A DNA stretch of 55,119 nt from an uncultured Caldilineales bacterium (GTDB lineage: Bacteria > Chloroflexota > Anaerolineae > J102): positions 1 through 55,119 of the forward strand of contig CAZHTZ010000002.1 in assembly GCA_964535455.1 (NCBI GenBank), read 5' to 3'. Positions 1-9,544 of the stretch are shown here, in pieces. The translations under genes were made by a program, and so were the position numbers. Every line of letters starts with the position of its first letter. Position 1 is the first letter of the stretch. Under the pieces are notes generated by a model. It ran no database searches, was not told the origin of the DNA, and saw only the letters and a program-made list of their open reading frames with translations.

Positions 1-1
1 C

Positions 2-742
2 GACGAGGACGCCTACGTGCACTACGTCGAGGGCTGCACCGCGCCGATCTACTCGTCCGACTCGCTGCACAGCGCGGTGGTCGAGATCGTCGTGAAGAAG
101 GGCGCCCGCTGCCGCTACACGACCATCCAGAACTGGTCGAACAACGTCTACAACCTGGTTACCAAACGCGCCGTGGCCTACGAGAACGCCACCATGGAAT
201 GGATCGATGGCAATCTCGGCTCCAAGGTGACGATGAAGTATCCGGCGGTTTACATGTTGGGCGAACGCGCCCATGGTGAAGTGCTGTCCATCGCCTTCGC
301 CGGCAAGGGCCAGCATCAGGATGCAGGCGGCAAGGTCGTCCACGGCGCGCCCAACACTTCATCGAAGATCATCTCCAAGTCCATCAGCAAGGACGGCGGC
401 CGCGCCAGCTACCGGGGCCTGCTCAAGGTCTCCAAGGGCGCCAAGAACTCCAAGTCCACCGTTGTGTGCGACGCCCTGATCCTGGACGAGCACTCCCGCT
501 CCGATACATATCCCTACATCGAGATCGATGAGGATGCGGTCGAGGTAGGCCACGAGGCCTCGGTGAGCAAGATCGGCGAGGAGCAGCTCTTCTATCTGAA
601 GAGCCGCGGTATCAGCGAAGAAGAGGCAGCGAGCATGATCGTGGGCGGCTTCATCGAGCCGCTTGTGAAGGAACTGCCCATGGAATACGCGGTCGAGATG
701 AACCGCCTGATCCAGTTGCAGATGGAAGGAAGCATTGGCTAG
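2..742 (+). CDS. sufB: Fe-S cluster assembly protein SufB, C-terminal part (5' end cut by window edge)
   Basis: Frame is open from the window edge. The translation ...[51 protein letters not shown]...[20 protein letters not shown]... reads as the conserved SufB C-terminal half. It is followed by sufD, sufS and sufU. Confidence 0.9.
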   Translation, partial: DEDAYVHYVEGCTAPIYSSDSLHSAVVEIVVKKGARCRYTTIQNWSNNVYNLVTKRAVAYENATMEWIDGNLGSKVTMKYPAVYMLGERAHGEVLSIAFAGKGQHQDAGGKVVHGAPNTSSKIISKSISKDGGRASYRGLLKVSKGAKNSKSTVVCDALILDEHSRSDTYPYIEIDEDAVEVGHEASVSKIGEEQLFYLKSRGISEEEAASMIVGGFIEPLVKELPMEYAVEMNRLIQLQMEGSIG

Positions 743-794
743 TAGGGGCGACCGGCCGGTCGCCCCTACTACTTGCCACCTGCCACCATGGAGA

Positions 795-2153
795 ATGACC
801 GTGACCGTCAAAACACTTACACCCTTCGGGCTTGAGCCCGTCAGGGCGAAGCCTGATACTATCTCGCTCTCTGCCGTTGCGGCGATCAGCGAAAGCTTCA
901 ATGAACCGGAATGGCTGCGCCAGACTCGCGGCGCTGCCTGGGAAACCTTCGAGGCCACCCCCTGGCCGGACTACACCGAGGAAACCTGGCGGCGCACGCG
1001 CCTGACAGGCTTCAAGCTGGGCCACTACCACCTCGTCACCTCGCCGGTGGCCCGAGTGGCCACCCGTGACGAGCTGGGACGCAGACTTAGTGGCGAGCTC
1101 AAAAAGATCGACAGCGCCGGCGCTCTGGTCTTCAAGGACGGCAGCCTGTTGTACGCCGAACTGGACGAGACGCTGGCTGCAAAAGGCGTGATCCTCACCG
1201 ACTTACGCACGGCGCTGGTCACACACGAGGAACTGATGCGCGCCTACCTCGGCGCCCAGGTGCTGGCGAGCGATAACAAGTTGGCTTCCCTGCACTACGC
1301 TCTCTGGCAGAACGGAACGTTCCTCTACGTGCCTCGCAACGTAAGCGTGGAAAAACCCTTCCAGGTGCTCATCCAGTTCAGCGGCGGCGGCAAGGCCGCT
1401 TTCCACCATAGTCTGATCATCGGCGACGAGAACAGCGAGCTCACCATCGTCGAAGACTACTCGGGCGCGCGTGGGGGCATGGTCGACACCGCCATTGAGC
1501 TTTATCCGCTGGCGGCCTCCCGGCTGCATTACCTGCACCTGCAAAACCTGGACACCTCAACCTGGAACTTCTCCAACATGCGCTCCGGCGCCCAACGCGA
1601 TGCGCTCTACCGCCACCTGCAGGCGTCGTGGGGCAGCCGCCTGAGCAAGGTCTGGATCGACCTGAACATGGAGGAGCCGGGCTGCCACGGCGAGCTGCTG
1701 GGTCTGTACTTCCCACAGGGTCGCCAGCACATCGACCACCACACCAACCAGATCCACAAACGACCCCGCGGCACCAGCGACCTGCTGTTCAAGGGTGCGC
1801 TCGATGAAGCCAGCCGCTCGGTTTATCAAGGCGTCATTCACGTCCTGCCGGGCGCCCAGAAGACCAATGCCTATCAGAAGAACGACAATCTCATCCTTGA
1901 CGAGCGCGCTCGGGCCGATTCCATCCCCGGCCTGGAGATTGAGGCCGACGATGTGCGCTGCACGCACGGCGCCACCAGTTCGAAGGTTCAGGATGAGTAT
2001 GTCTTCTACCTGATGGCGCGCGGTCTTACCCGTAGGACGGCCAAGCGCATGATCGTCCAGGGCTTCTTTGAAGAAGTACTGAACCGCGTGCCGGTCCCCG
2101 GTGTGCGCGCCAAGCTCGAGGCGGAGATCGCACGTCGCGTCGGCCTCGAGTAA
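795..2153 (+). CDS. sufD: Fe-S cluster assembly protein SufD
   Basis: ORF 735..2153. I prefer the ATG at 795 (MTVTVKTL...). The C-terminus ...IPGLEIEADDVRCTHGATSSKVQDEYVFYLMARGL... is SufB/SufD-family, and the gene sits directly after sufB. The exact start is uncertain. Confidence 0.85.
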   Translation: MTVTVKTLTPFGLEPVRAKPDTISLSAVAAISESFNEPEWLRQTRGAAWETFEATPWPDYTEETWRRTRLTGFKLGHYHLVTSPVARVATRDELGRRLSGELKKIDSAGALVFKDGSLLYAELDETLAAKGVILTDLRTALVTHEELMRAYLGAQVLASDNKLASLHYALWQNGTFLYVPRNVSVEKPFQVLIQFSGGGKAAFHHSLIIGDENSELTIVEDYSGARGGMVDTAIELYPLAASRLHYLHLQNLDTSTWNFSNMRSGAQRDALYRHLQASWGSRLSKVWIDLNMEEPGCHGELLGLYFPQGRQHIDHHTNQIHKRPRGTSDLLFKGALDEASRSVYQGVIHVLPGAQKTNAYQKNDNLILDERARADSIPGLEIEADDVRCTHGATSSKVQDEYVFYLMARGLTRRTAKRMIVQGFFEEVLNRVPVPGVRAKLEAEIARRVGLE

Positions 2154-2189
2154 AGGTTTAGAACCCCTGGCTTCGTACCTGACCTTTGC

Positions 2190-2219
2190 TTGGGGCACGG
2201 CGCTGGCGCCGTGCCCCAA
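2190..2219 (+). other. GC-rich perfect inverted repeat (about 14-bp arms) in the sufD-sufS spacer
   Basis: TTGGGGCACGGCGC tg GCGCCGTGCCCCAA read directly from the sequence. No T-run follows it. Confidence 0.5.
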
Positions 2220-2310
2220 CGTGATCCACGTCCCTATTATCTCGGAATTTCCTTGCCCGACTTCGCCGCGGTTCCGCACCTTTTCCGCCCCTTTGCCACG
2301 GTGTGATACG

Positions 2311-3570
2311 ATGAGCGTAATGTCCGTTACCCGAACACTGAGTCTCATACCCACCGTTGCCGCCCTCCGCAACGACTTCCCCATCCTGCAAAGGCAGGTT
2401 CATGGACTTCCTCTGATCTACCTGGACAACACGGCCTCAACACAGAAGCCGGTTCAGGTTCTGGACGCCATGGATCATTATTACCGGCGCCTCCATGCCA
2501 ACGTCCATCGTGGGGTGCACACCCTGAGCGAAGAAGCGACCACAGCCTACGAAAACGCCCGGCTGCACGTGGCACGGTTCATCAATGCTCCCAGTCCCAA
2601 AGAGGTGATCTTCACCCGCAACACCACGGAAAGCCTCAACCTGGTAGCTTATAGCTGGGGTCGGGCCAACCTGAAGCCGGGGGACGAAGTGCTCATCACC
2701 GAGATGGAGCACCACTCCAACATCGTGCCCTGGCAGCTTGTCTGCGAGATGACGGGAGCGACGCTGCGGTATGTGCCCATTACGCCCGGCGGCGAGTTGG
2801 ACGAGGACGCCCTGGCGCAGTTGCTCACGGAGCGCACGAAGGTGTTCGCTTTCACGGCGATGTCGAATGTCCTCGGCACAATCAATCCCGTGGCCGAGCT
2901 GGTTGCCCGGGCGCACGGGGTTGGGGCGATTGCCGTTGTGGATGGCGCCCAAAGCGTGCCCACGCTGGCCACCGATGTCCGGGCCCTTGACGCTGATTTC
3001 CTGGCTATCTCCGGCCACAAGATGCTGGGGCCCACCGGCATCGGCGTCCTCTACGGCAAGCGCAAGCTCCTTGAGGCAATGCCCCCCTTCTTGGGCGGCG
3101 GCGACATGATCCGCGAGGTGAAGATGAGCGGCAGCCGTTGGAATGAGCTGCCCTACAAGTTCGAAGCGGGCACGCCCGCCATCGCCGAGACCATTGGTCT
3201 GGGCGCGGCCGTGGACTATCTGGGCGGCGTGGGTATGGACTGGGTGTTCGAACATGAGCGCGAGCTGACGGCCTATGCCTGGAGCCGGCTGCAAGAGGTC
3301 GAGGGACTGCGCATCCTGGGTCCGGAGCCCAGCCGCCGCGGCGGCCTCCTGGCCTTTGTTCTGGGCGACATTCACCCCCACGACATCGCCGCCATCGTGG
3401 ATCAGGACGGAATCGCTGTGCGCGCCGGCCACCACTGCGCCCAGCCGATCCACGACCACTACGGCCTGCCGGCCACCACCCGGGCCAGTTTCTACATCTA
3501 TAATACCGAAGAAGAAGTCGACCGCCTGGTGTTGGCGCTTTACAAAGCCAAAGCCCTCTTCGACCTTTAG
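2311..3570 (+). CDS. sufS: Cysteine desulfurase SufS (class V aminotransferase)
   Basis: ATG at 2311 (MSVMSVTRTL...). Motifs seen are LIYLDNTASTQKP, HANVHRGVHTLS, ISGHKMLGPTGIGVLYG and RAGHHCAQP. It lies in suf operon context. Confidence 0.9.
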   Translation: MSVMSVTRTLSLIPTVAALRNDFPILQRQVHGLPLIYLDNTASTQKPVQVLDAMDHYYRRLHANVHRGVHTLSEEATTAYENARLHVARFINAPSPKEVIFTRNTTESLNLVAYSWGRANLKPGDEVLITEMEHHSNIVPWQLVCEMTGATLRYVPITPGGELDEDALAQLLTERTKVFAFTAMSNVLGTINPVAELVARAHGVGAIAVVDGAQSVPTLATDVRALDADFLAISGHKMLGPTGIGVLYGKRKLLEAMPPFLGGGDMIREVKMSGSRWNELPYKFEAGTPAIAETIGLGAAVDYLGGVGMDWVFEHERELTAYAWSRLQEVEGLRILGPEPSRRGGLLAFVLGDIHPHDIAAIVDQDGIAVRAGHHCAQPIHDHYGLPATTRASFYIYNTEEEVDRLVLALYKAKALFDL

Positions 3571-3658
3571 CGTTCACACGTTTACACGTTTACACGTTTA
3601 CACGTTTGCACGTTTGCACGTTTGCACGTTTGCACGTTCTAACGTTCTAACGCAATTA
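3571..3658 (+). repeat. Phased 8-nt tandem repeat (CACGTTTA/CACGTTTG/AACGTTCT) filling the sufS-sufU spacer
   Basis: CGTT cores at 3571, 3579, 3587, 3595, 3603, 3611, 3619, 3627, 3635 and 3643, an exact 8-nt period. A degenerate CGCAATT unit follows at 3651, just before the sufU ATG. Confidence 0.9.
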
Positions 3659-3663
3659 CCGCC

Positions 3664-4044
3664 ATGGACGACCTTTACCGCGAGAATATCATCGATCATT
3701 ACCGACACCCGCGCAATAAGGGTCATTTGGACGCGGCCGACATCCATTACCGCGATGTCAATCCTTTCTGCGGGGATGAGATCACCATCGAATTGAAGGT
3801 GGTGGACGGTCGCGTGGTAGAGGCTGCCTTTGATGGCAAGGGCTGCGCCATCAGCCAGGCATCAGCGTCCATGTTGACCGAAGAGATCCTGGGCAAAACC
3901 CTGGAAGAGCTCAAGCTGTTGGAGAAAGAAGACGTTCTCGAAATGCTCGGTATCCCCATGGGTCCGGTGCGTTTGAAATGCGCACTCCTGCCCCTCAAGG
4001 TGCTCAAGGCCGGCGTCTGGGGACTGGAAGAATGGCCGGAGTAA
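3664..4044 (+). CDS. sufU: SufU/IscU-like Fe-S scaffold / sulfur-acceptor protein
   Basis: MDDLYRENIIDHYRHPRNKGHL...NPFCGDEITIEL...GKGCAISQASASMLTE...RLKCALLPLK is typical of the NifU-N/SufU family, with three conserved Cys. Confidence 0.85.
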   Translation: MDDLYRENIIDHYRHPRNKGHLDAADIHYRDVNPFCGDEITIELKVVDGRVVEAAFDGKGCAISQASASMLTEEILGKTLEELKLLEKEDVLEMLGIPMGPVRLKCALLPLKVLKAGVWGLEEWPE

Positions 4045-4120
4045 CGTTACACGTTTGCACGTTTACACGTTGCACGTTTCTGAACGCAATTCGCAATTCG
4101 CAATTCGCATTTCGCAATTC
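4045..4120 (+). repeat. 7-8-nt tandem repeats (CGTTTRCA units, then five CGCAATT units) filling the sufU-Rieske spacer
   Basis: CGTT cores at 4045, 4052, 4060, 4068 and 4075. CGCAATT/CGCATTT units at 4085, 4092, 4099, 4106 and 4113. Confidence 0.85.
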
Positions 4121-4123
4121 CTA

Positions 4124-4441
4124 ATGGCTAAATTCAAAAAAGTTGCCAAACTAACGGAAGTTCCTCCCGGCGGGCGCAGGCTCGTCGAAGTGGATGGTTC
4201 TTTAGTTGCCCTCTTCAATGTCGACGGCGCCATCTGCGCTATCGAGGATGTCTGCACCCATGATGGCGGACCTTTGGCCGAGGGCGAAATCGTTCGCCCT
4301 GGCGTGATCGCCTGCCCTCGTCATGGCGCCGAGTTTAGCCTGTGCACAGGAGCAGCTCTGACACTGCCGGCGTTCGCACCTGCCCGGACCTTCGAGGTCA
4401 AAGTCGAGGGCGCTCACATCTACGTTCTGAGCGAATTCTAA
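4124..4441 (+). CDS. Rieske [2Fe-2S] ferredoxin-like protein
   Basis: ATG at 4124 (MAKFKKVAKL...). Rieske ligand motifs are CTHDGGPL and CPRHGAEF. Size is about 105 aa. Confidence 0.8.
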   Translation: MAKFKKVAKLTEVPPGGRRLVEVDGSLVALFNVDGAICAIEDVCTHDGGPLAEGEIVRPGVIACPRHGAEFSLCTGAALTLPAFAPARTFEVKVEGAHIYVLSEF

Positions 4442-4487
4442 CTGCACACAGCGAATTTAGCTGCACACACCCAGGAGGGTGATTCCA

Positions 4488-4796
4488 ATGCCCAATGTGA
4501 ATGATATTCGCGAAGTCCTGAAAGACGTACGGGATCCCGAGTTGATGCTAGACATCATCAACCTGGGCCTGGTCTATGAGATCACGCCCCGCGCCGGCGA
4601 CCGCATCGTCGACGTCGAGATGACGCTCACCAGCCCTGGCTGCCCTGCCGGACCCCAGATCCTCGCCGATGTGCACCGCGCCATCCTGCAGGGGTTCCCG
4701 GAGGTAGAGGACGTGAACGTCAAGCTCGTCTGGGTCCCGTTTTGGAACCCGGACATGATGAGCGAAGAAGCCAGGGACGAGCTGGGGATCTTCTAG
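4488..4796 (+). CDS. DUF59/MIP18-family Fe-S assembly protein (SufT-like)
   Basis: AGGAGG lies 8 nt upstream of the ATG at 4488. The translation MPNVNDIREVLKDVRDPELMLDIINLGLVYEI...TLTSPGCPAG is a DUF59 signature. Confidence 0.8.
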   Translation: MPNVNDIREVLKDVRDPELMLDIINLGLVYEITPRAGDRIVDVEMTLTSPGCPAGPQILADVHRAILQGFPEVEDVNVKLVWVPFWNPDMMSEEARDELGIF

Positions 4797-4806
4797 CGGT
4801 CACGCA

Positions 4807-4847
4807 AACGGCCGGACGTCTGCATGGCGTCCGGCCGTTGTTTTTGT
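4807..4847 (+). terminator. Rho-independent terminator closing the suf operon, between convergent suf and gcvPB
   Basis: 12-bp stem AACGGCCGGACG / CGTCCGGCCGTT with a 9-nt loop, followed by GTTTTTGT. Confidence 0.75.
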
Positions 4848-4873
4848 GGGGGTAGTGCGGCTCCGGCAGCGGC

Positions 4874-6340
4874 TTAGGCCGGGACAGATTCGGTATGGCG
4901 GGCGAGGACGGGTTGACGGGCGGCGCGCACTTCATCGAGTCGTCGCAGCGGCGCCGAATGCGGGGCGCTGTGCAGCAGCTCCGGATCAGTACGGGCCTCA
5001 CGAGCGATGTCTGTGAGGGCATCGACGAACGCGTCCAGAGTTTCCTTGGCCTCCGTTTCGGTCGGCTCGATCATGAGCGCTTCCGGCACGATCAGCGGGA
5101 AGTAGATCGTGGGCGGATGGTAGCCGAAGTCGATCAGACGCTTGGCGACGTCCAGAGTGTGCACACCCTCGGCGCCGGCAATCTTGCCCTGGGCCACCAC
5201 CTCGTGCATACAGAAGCGGTCGCCGTGCGGGATAGGATAGTCGCCGCGTTGTTTGAGCAATGCCTGGATGTAGTTAGCATTGAGTACGGCGTCTTCGCTG
5301 ATCGCTCGCAGCCCGACGGCGCCGTGCATGCGGATATAGACATACGCCCGCACGAGGGCGCCGAAGTTGCCGTGGAAGCTCTTGACCCGACCAATCGACT
5401 CCTCTGGCATGCCCCAGAAGAACTCGTCCTCGTCGTTCAGGCCCACAATCGGCCCTGGCAAGAACGGCTCCAGTTCTTCCACGACGCCCACGGGACCGGC
5501 GCCGGGACCACCGCCGCCGTGCGGGACGCTGAAGGTCTTGTGCAGATTGAAGTGCATGACGTCGATGCCTAGATCGGCAGGTCGCACGATGCCCATAATG
5601 GCGTTCAGGTTGGCGCCATCGCCGTAGACAAGACCACCGACGTCATGCACCATCTGGCAGATGGCGACGATGTTCTGCTCGAAGAGACCCAGCGTGTTGG
5701 GGTTGGTGATCATCATGCCAACCACATTGGCGCCGCGCCCGTCATCCAGGTGCGCCTTGAGGGCCCCGATGTCGACGTTGCCATCCGGCGCGCTGGGGAT
5801 TTCGATCACTTCCAGCCCGGCCATGGTCGTCGTCGCTGGATTCGTCCCGTGGGCTGAATCGGGCACCAAGATCTTGTACCGCTGTGTCTGCCCACGAGCC
5901 AACTGGGCCTTGCGCATGATCAGCACGCCGGTCAGCTCACCGTGCGCGCCAGCAGCCGGTTGCAGGGTGACTGCGGCGAAGCCCGTGATTGCAGCCAACA
6001 TCTCCTGCAGCTCGTACATCATCCCCATCGCCCCTTGCACCGTCTCGGCGTCCTGCAAGGGGTGCAGGTTGGCGAGGCCGGGCAGCCGGCACATGCGCTC
6101 ATTGACCTTGGGGTTGTACTTCATGGTGCAAGAGCCCAGTGGATACATGCCCTTGTCCACGGCGTAGTTCAACTGGCTCAGGCGCACGTAGTGGCGCACC
6201 ACTTCCGGCTCACCGATCTCTGGCAGAGCCAGCTCGCGGCGCAGGTATTCGGCGGGAAGCGGCGTTTCGGGCACGTCCGCATCGGGCATGTCCACACCGC
6301 GCCTGCCCGGCACGCTCAGGTCGTAGATGAACTTTTCCAT
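4874..6340 (-). CDS. gcvPB: Glycine dehydrogenase (decarboxylating) subunit 2
   Basis: [15 protein letters not shown]...[13 protein letters not shown]...[21 protein letters not shown] is typical GcvPB. Its ATG overlaps the gcvPA stop (TAATG). Confidence 0.92.
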   Translation of the reverse strand: MEKFIYDLSVPGRRGVDMPDADVPETPLPAEYLRRELALPEIGEPEVVRHYVRLSQLNYAVDKGMYPLGSCTMKYNPKVNERMCRLPGLANLHPLQDAETVQGAMGMMYELQEMLAAITGFAAVTLQPAAGAHGELTGVLIMRKAQLARGQTQRYKILVPDSAHGTNPATTTMAGLEVIEIPSAPDGNVDIGALKAHLDDGRGANVVGMMITNPNTLGLFEQNIVAICQMVHDVGGLVYGDGANLNAIMGIVRPADLGIDVMHFNLHKTFSVPHGGGGPGAGPVGVVEELEPFLPGPIVGLNDEDEFFWGMPEESIGRVKSFHGNFGALVRAYVYIRMHGAVGLRAISEDAVLNANYIQALLKQRGDYPIPHGDRFCMHEVVAQGKIAGAEGVHTLDVAKRLIDFGYHPPTIYFPLIVPEALMIEPTETEAKETLDAFVDALTDIAREARTDPELLHSAPHSAPLRRLDEVRAARQPVLARHTESVPA

Positions 6341-7755
6341 TAGAACAGCACCTCCAGCGGGATGACGTCGTCCTGGGTGAGCTCGGCAAGTGCTGTCACC
6401 AGATCATCGATTTCGTCGCGAGTGTTCATCTCCGTCACGCAGACCAGCATGGCATGACCCAGGTGGGGATAGTCCTCACTGAGGTCGTAGCCGCCGATGA
6501 TGCCATATTCCTCGAGCAGGAAGCTGTTGACCTCCGACACGGGGCGCGGGCAGCGCACGACAAACTCCTTGAAGAATGGCTTGGCGGACCCAGAGTACTG
6601 GGCGTCCGACCCAGAGTACTGGGCCACCTCATAGCCTTCGATCTCGGCGATTTGACCGGCGGCGTAGTGCGCCTTGTGCCAGCACAACTCGGCGGCCTTG
6701 CGCAGCCCCTGCTTGCCCATCACCGCCAGGTAGCTTGCGGCGGCCAAGGCGTTCAGGGCCTCATTTGTGCAGATGTTGCTGGTGGCCTTGCCCCGGCGGA
6801 TGTGCTGCTCCCGAGTGCTGAGAGTGAGCACGTAACCGCAAGCGCCGCTCGCATCGACGGTCTCGCCGACCAACCGGCCCGAACTGCGGCGCAGAAGCTC
6901 CTCCTGAAAGGCGAAGATGCCCAGATAGGGACCTCCGAAATTCAGGCTGTTGCCGAGAGATTGGCCTTCCGCCATCACGATGTCGGCGCCGTATTCTCCG
7001 GGGGGAGAGAAAAGCCCAAGAGCGATCGGATCGGTGGCAACTGCCAGCAAGGCGCCGCAGGCGTGGACTGCCTCGGCCAGATCCCGCAGTTCGGCAGGGC
7101 TGTGTAGCTGGCCAAGAAAATCGGGATTCTGCACGACGACCAGGGCGGTGTCATCGTCGCACAGTCGCTGTAAGGCGTGGAAGTCGGTGTCTTGTTGGTC
7201 ATCGCCGGTGATGTTCAAGCCCATGCCCTGTGTATACGTCCGCGCCACATCGCGGTACATGGGATGGACGGTTGGTGACATCAGAACCCTGCGGCGCTTG
7301 AGTCGGTACTGGTTGACGCCCATGATCACGGCCTCGGCCACGGCGGCGGCGCCGTCATAGTGCGAGGCATTGGCGGCGTACATCCCGGTCAACGCCGAGA
7401 CCATGCTCTGGTACTCGAACGTAGCCTGGAGCGTGCCCTGGCTGATCTCGGGCTGGTAGGGTGTGTAGGCCGTATAAAACTCGTTACGGCTGATGACCAT
7501 GTCGACGACCGACGGGATGAAGTGGCGGTAGGCGCCCGCGCCCAGGAAACAGGCGTACTCGCCCGGCTGGACGTTCTCGTCCGCCAGGCTCTGCATCTCC
7601 CGCACGATCTCCATCTCCGTCAGCGGTTCCGGCAGGTCCATCTCCGGGAAGCGATAGGCCTCCGGAATGTCGACAAACAGGTCGGCGACGTCCTTGATGC
7701 CGATGGTCGCCATCATCGCCTGCCTGTCAGCGTCGGTGTGTGGGTTGTATCGCAT
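6340..7755 (-). CDS. gcvPA: Glycine dehydrogenase (decarboxylating) subunit 1
   Basis: ATG at 7755 ([14 protein letters not shown]...), immediately after the gcvH stop. [15 protein letters not shown] and [16 protein letters not shown] are GcvPA signatures. Confidence 0.92.
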   Translation of the reverse strand: MRYNPHTDADRQAMMATIGIKDVADLFVDIPEAYRFPEMDLPEPLTEMEIVREMQSLADENVQPGEYACFLGAGAYRHFIPSVVDMVISRNEFYTAYTPYQPEISQGTLQATFEYQSMVSALTGMYAANASHYDGAAAVAEAVIMGVNQYRLKRRRVLMSPTVHPMYRDVARTYTQGMGLNITGDDQQDTDFHALQRLCDDDTALVVVQNPDFLGQLHSPAELRDLAEAVHACGALLAVATDPIALGLFSPPGEYGADIVMAEGQSLGNSLNFGGPYLGIFAFQEELLRRSSGRLVGETVDASGACGYVLTLSTREQHIRRGKATSNICTNEALNALAAASYLAVMGKQGLRKAAELCWHKAHYAAGQIAEIEGYEVAQYSGSDAQYSGSAKPFFKEFVVRCPRPVSEVNSFLLEEYGIIGGYDLSEDYPHLGHAMLVCVTEMNTRDEIDDLVTALAELTQDDVIPLEVLF

Positions 7756-7756
7756 C

Positions 7757-8155
7757 TTAGCCGGCCGCCTCCTGCTCGGCGACAAAAGCCTCGTAGTCGG
7801 CCGCTGCCATCAGCTTGTCAAGCTCGGCCAGGGCCGATGGGCGAACCTTGTAGAACCAGGCGCCGTAGGGGTTGCTGTTGACGGCCTCGGGTTTGGCTGC
7901 CAGGTCGTCGTTGACGGCCACGACTTCGCCCGAAATCGGGCTGTAGACGTCTTCCGCTGCTTTCACCGACTCGACCACGGCTGCAGCTTTGGCCGCGCTG
8001 ACGGCGGCGCCGACGGGCGGCAGCTCGACGAACACGACGTCGGAAAGCGAGTGCTGGGCATAGTCGCTGATGCCGACGACGACCAGGTCGCCTTCGACCC
8101 GCGCCCACTCATGCGACTGGGCATAACGTGCATTGGAATCGAACTTGTAGGACAT
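7757..8155 (-). CDS. gcvH: Glycine cleavage system protein H
   Basis: MSYKFDSNARYAQSHEWARVEGD...VESVKAAEDVYSPISGEV contains the lipoyl-lysine region. AAGGAG precedes the ATG. Confidence 0.92.
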   Translation of the reverse strand: MSYKFDSNARYAQSHEWARVEGDLVVVGISDYAQHSLSDVVFVELPPVGAAVSAAKAAAVVESVKAAEDVYSPISGEVVAVNDDLAAKPEAVNSNPYGAWFYKVRPSALAELDKLMAAADYEAFVAEQEAAG

Positions 8156-8195
8156 AGATCACTCCTTCAAAGTGAGATGGTAACAAATAGAAAGG

Positions 8196-8343
8196 GTGTC
8201 ACGTGTCAAGTGTCACGTGTCACGCATTGGATATCACGTATCACGTATCACGTATTGCATGCAACGTGTGAACGTGCAACGTGTAAACGTGCAACGTGTG
8301 AACGTATGAACGTGCAACGTGTAAACGTGTAAACGTGCAACGC
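8196..8343 (-). repeat. 7-8-nt tandem repeats with an ACGT core filling the gcvT-gcvH spacer
   Basis: On the plus strand, ACG cores fall at 8264, 8272, 8279, 8287, 8294, 8302, 8310, 8317, 8325, 8333 and 8340. There are also three TCACGTA units at 8235-8255 and GTCACGTG units at 8198-8222. Read on the minus (gene) strand, the units are CACGTTTA / CACGTTGC, the same motif and orientation as in the suf spacers. Confidence 0.85.
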
Positions 8344-8344
8344 T

Positions 8345-9448
8345 TTATCTTCGATATGCCGGTGTGTAGAACGGTCGCTTGACGACCTTCGCCTTCTTGG
8401 GCTGGTCGCGAATGACGACGTCGACTTCGGAGCCAAGCTTGGCATTGGCTGCGGGCACATAGGCCAGCGCCAGAAACGCATCCAGGGTGGGCGCTTTCAT
8501 GCCGGTCGTCACCCAACCCACAACCTGTCCATCGATCGCCACAGGATAGTGCTCGCGGGGAACGCCGCGGTCGACCAGCTCCAGCCCCACCAGGACGAGC
8601 TGCGAACCTTCGAGCTTGGTCTTGAGGACGGCCTCGCGGCCGATCCATGAGCCCTTGTTCCAGTCGCACACCCAGGCCAGGCGAGCGCCCACCGGCTCGA
8701 CGCCGGCCGCGATCTCGTGGCCGTACAACGGCAGGCATGCTTCGAACCGTAACGAGTCGCGAGCAGCCAGACCACATGCCATCAATCCCTCCGGAGCGCC
8801 AGCCTCAAGCAGGCTTTCCCACATGGCCACCGCGTGTTCTTCGGGGAAGAAGATCTCGTAGCCGTACTCGCCGGTGTAGCCGGTAGCGCCGATGAGGGTG
8901 TCGATGCCCGCCACCTGTATCTGCGCCGCCGTGTGGAAAGCCACCTGACCGAGATCGTGGCTGGTGAGCTTCTGCATGATGGCCTGGGCTTTGGGACCCT
9001 GCAGCGCCAACATGCAGGTCGGGTCGGAGACGTCGACGATATCGACGTCAAACCCGGTCGCATGAGTGTCCAGCCAGAACAAGTCCTTGTGCCGGTTGGA
9101 GGCGTTGACGACGACGAACCATTGGTCCGGTAGGCGATAGATGAAGATGTCGTCCACGAATGTGCCGTCGGCATAGCATAGGAAGCTGTACTCTGCGGCC
9201 CAGACTTCCATTTCGCTGATGTCGCGTGGCTGCACGTACTGCAGGAAGGCCTCGGCATCGGGCCCGGTGACCTGCAGTTGGCCCATGTGGTCGATGTCGA
9301 AGAGGCCGGCAGCCGTGCGCACGGCGTGGTGTTCGGCCAGCGGTCCGGTCGGATACTGCACCGGCAGTTCGTAGCCGGCAAAGGGCACCATACGCCCCCC
9401 CATGGCCACATGGCGGTCGTATAAGGGTGTGCGGTTGAGTTCGGTCAT
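8345..9448 (-). CDS. gcvT: Aminomethyltransferase (glycine cleavage system T protein)
   Basis: ATG at 9448 ([32 protein letters not shown]...). This is the canonical GcvT N-terminus. Confidence 0.92.
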   Translation of the reverse strand: MTELNRTPLYDRHVAMGGRMVPFAGYELPVQYPTGPLAEHHAVRTAAGLFDIDHMGQLQVTGPDAEAFLQYVQPRDISEMEVWAAEYSFLCYADGTFVDDIFIYRLPDQWFVVVNASNRHKDLFWLDTHATGFDVDIVDVSDPTCMLALQGPKAQAIMQKLTSHDLGQVAFHTAAQIQVAGIDTLIGATGYTGEYGYEIFFPEEHAVAMWESLLEAGAPEGLMACGLAARDSLRFEACLPLYGHEIAAGVEPVGARLAWVCDWNKGSWIGREAVLKTKLEGSQLVLVGLELVDRGVPREHYPVAIDGQVVGWVTTGMKAPTLDAFLALAYVPAANAKLGSEVDVVIRDQPKKAKVVKRPFYTPAYRR

Positions 9449-9503
9449 GGAGTCCTTCGGTAGAAGCAGATGGCGGGTTGCAGGCAGCAGGTGCGGCAGC
9501 GGC

Positions 9504-9541
9504 AAATAAAAAGAGCCACAGTCATCGCTAGACCTGGCTCT
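9504..9541 (-). terminator. Intrinsic terminator in the glycine riboswitch expression platform
   Basis: On the minus strand: AGAGCCA (16-nt loop) TGGCTCT followed by TTTTATTT. The 5' arm overlaps the 3' end of aptamer 2. Confidence 0.6.
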
Positions 9542-9544
9542 TGT

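Noticed and set aside
359-3459. Long antisense or off-frame ORFs across the suf genes (for example 359..958, 1557..2384 and 2437..3459 on the minus strand)
   Set aside because: They are shadow ORFs of the kind expected in high-GC DNA. They have Arg/Ala/Gly/Pro-rich low-complexity translations, no recognisable motifs, and lie fully inside well-supported suf genes on the other strand. The same reasoning applies to 14655..15773(-), 17251..18360(-), 25610..26896(+), 43038..44207(+), 48954..49955(+), 52605..53318(+) and 53430..54470(+).
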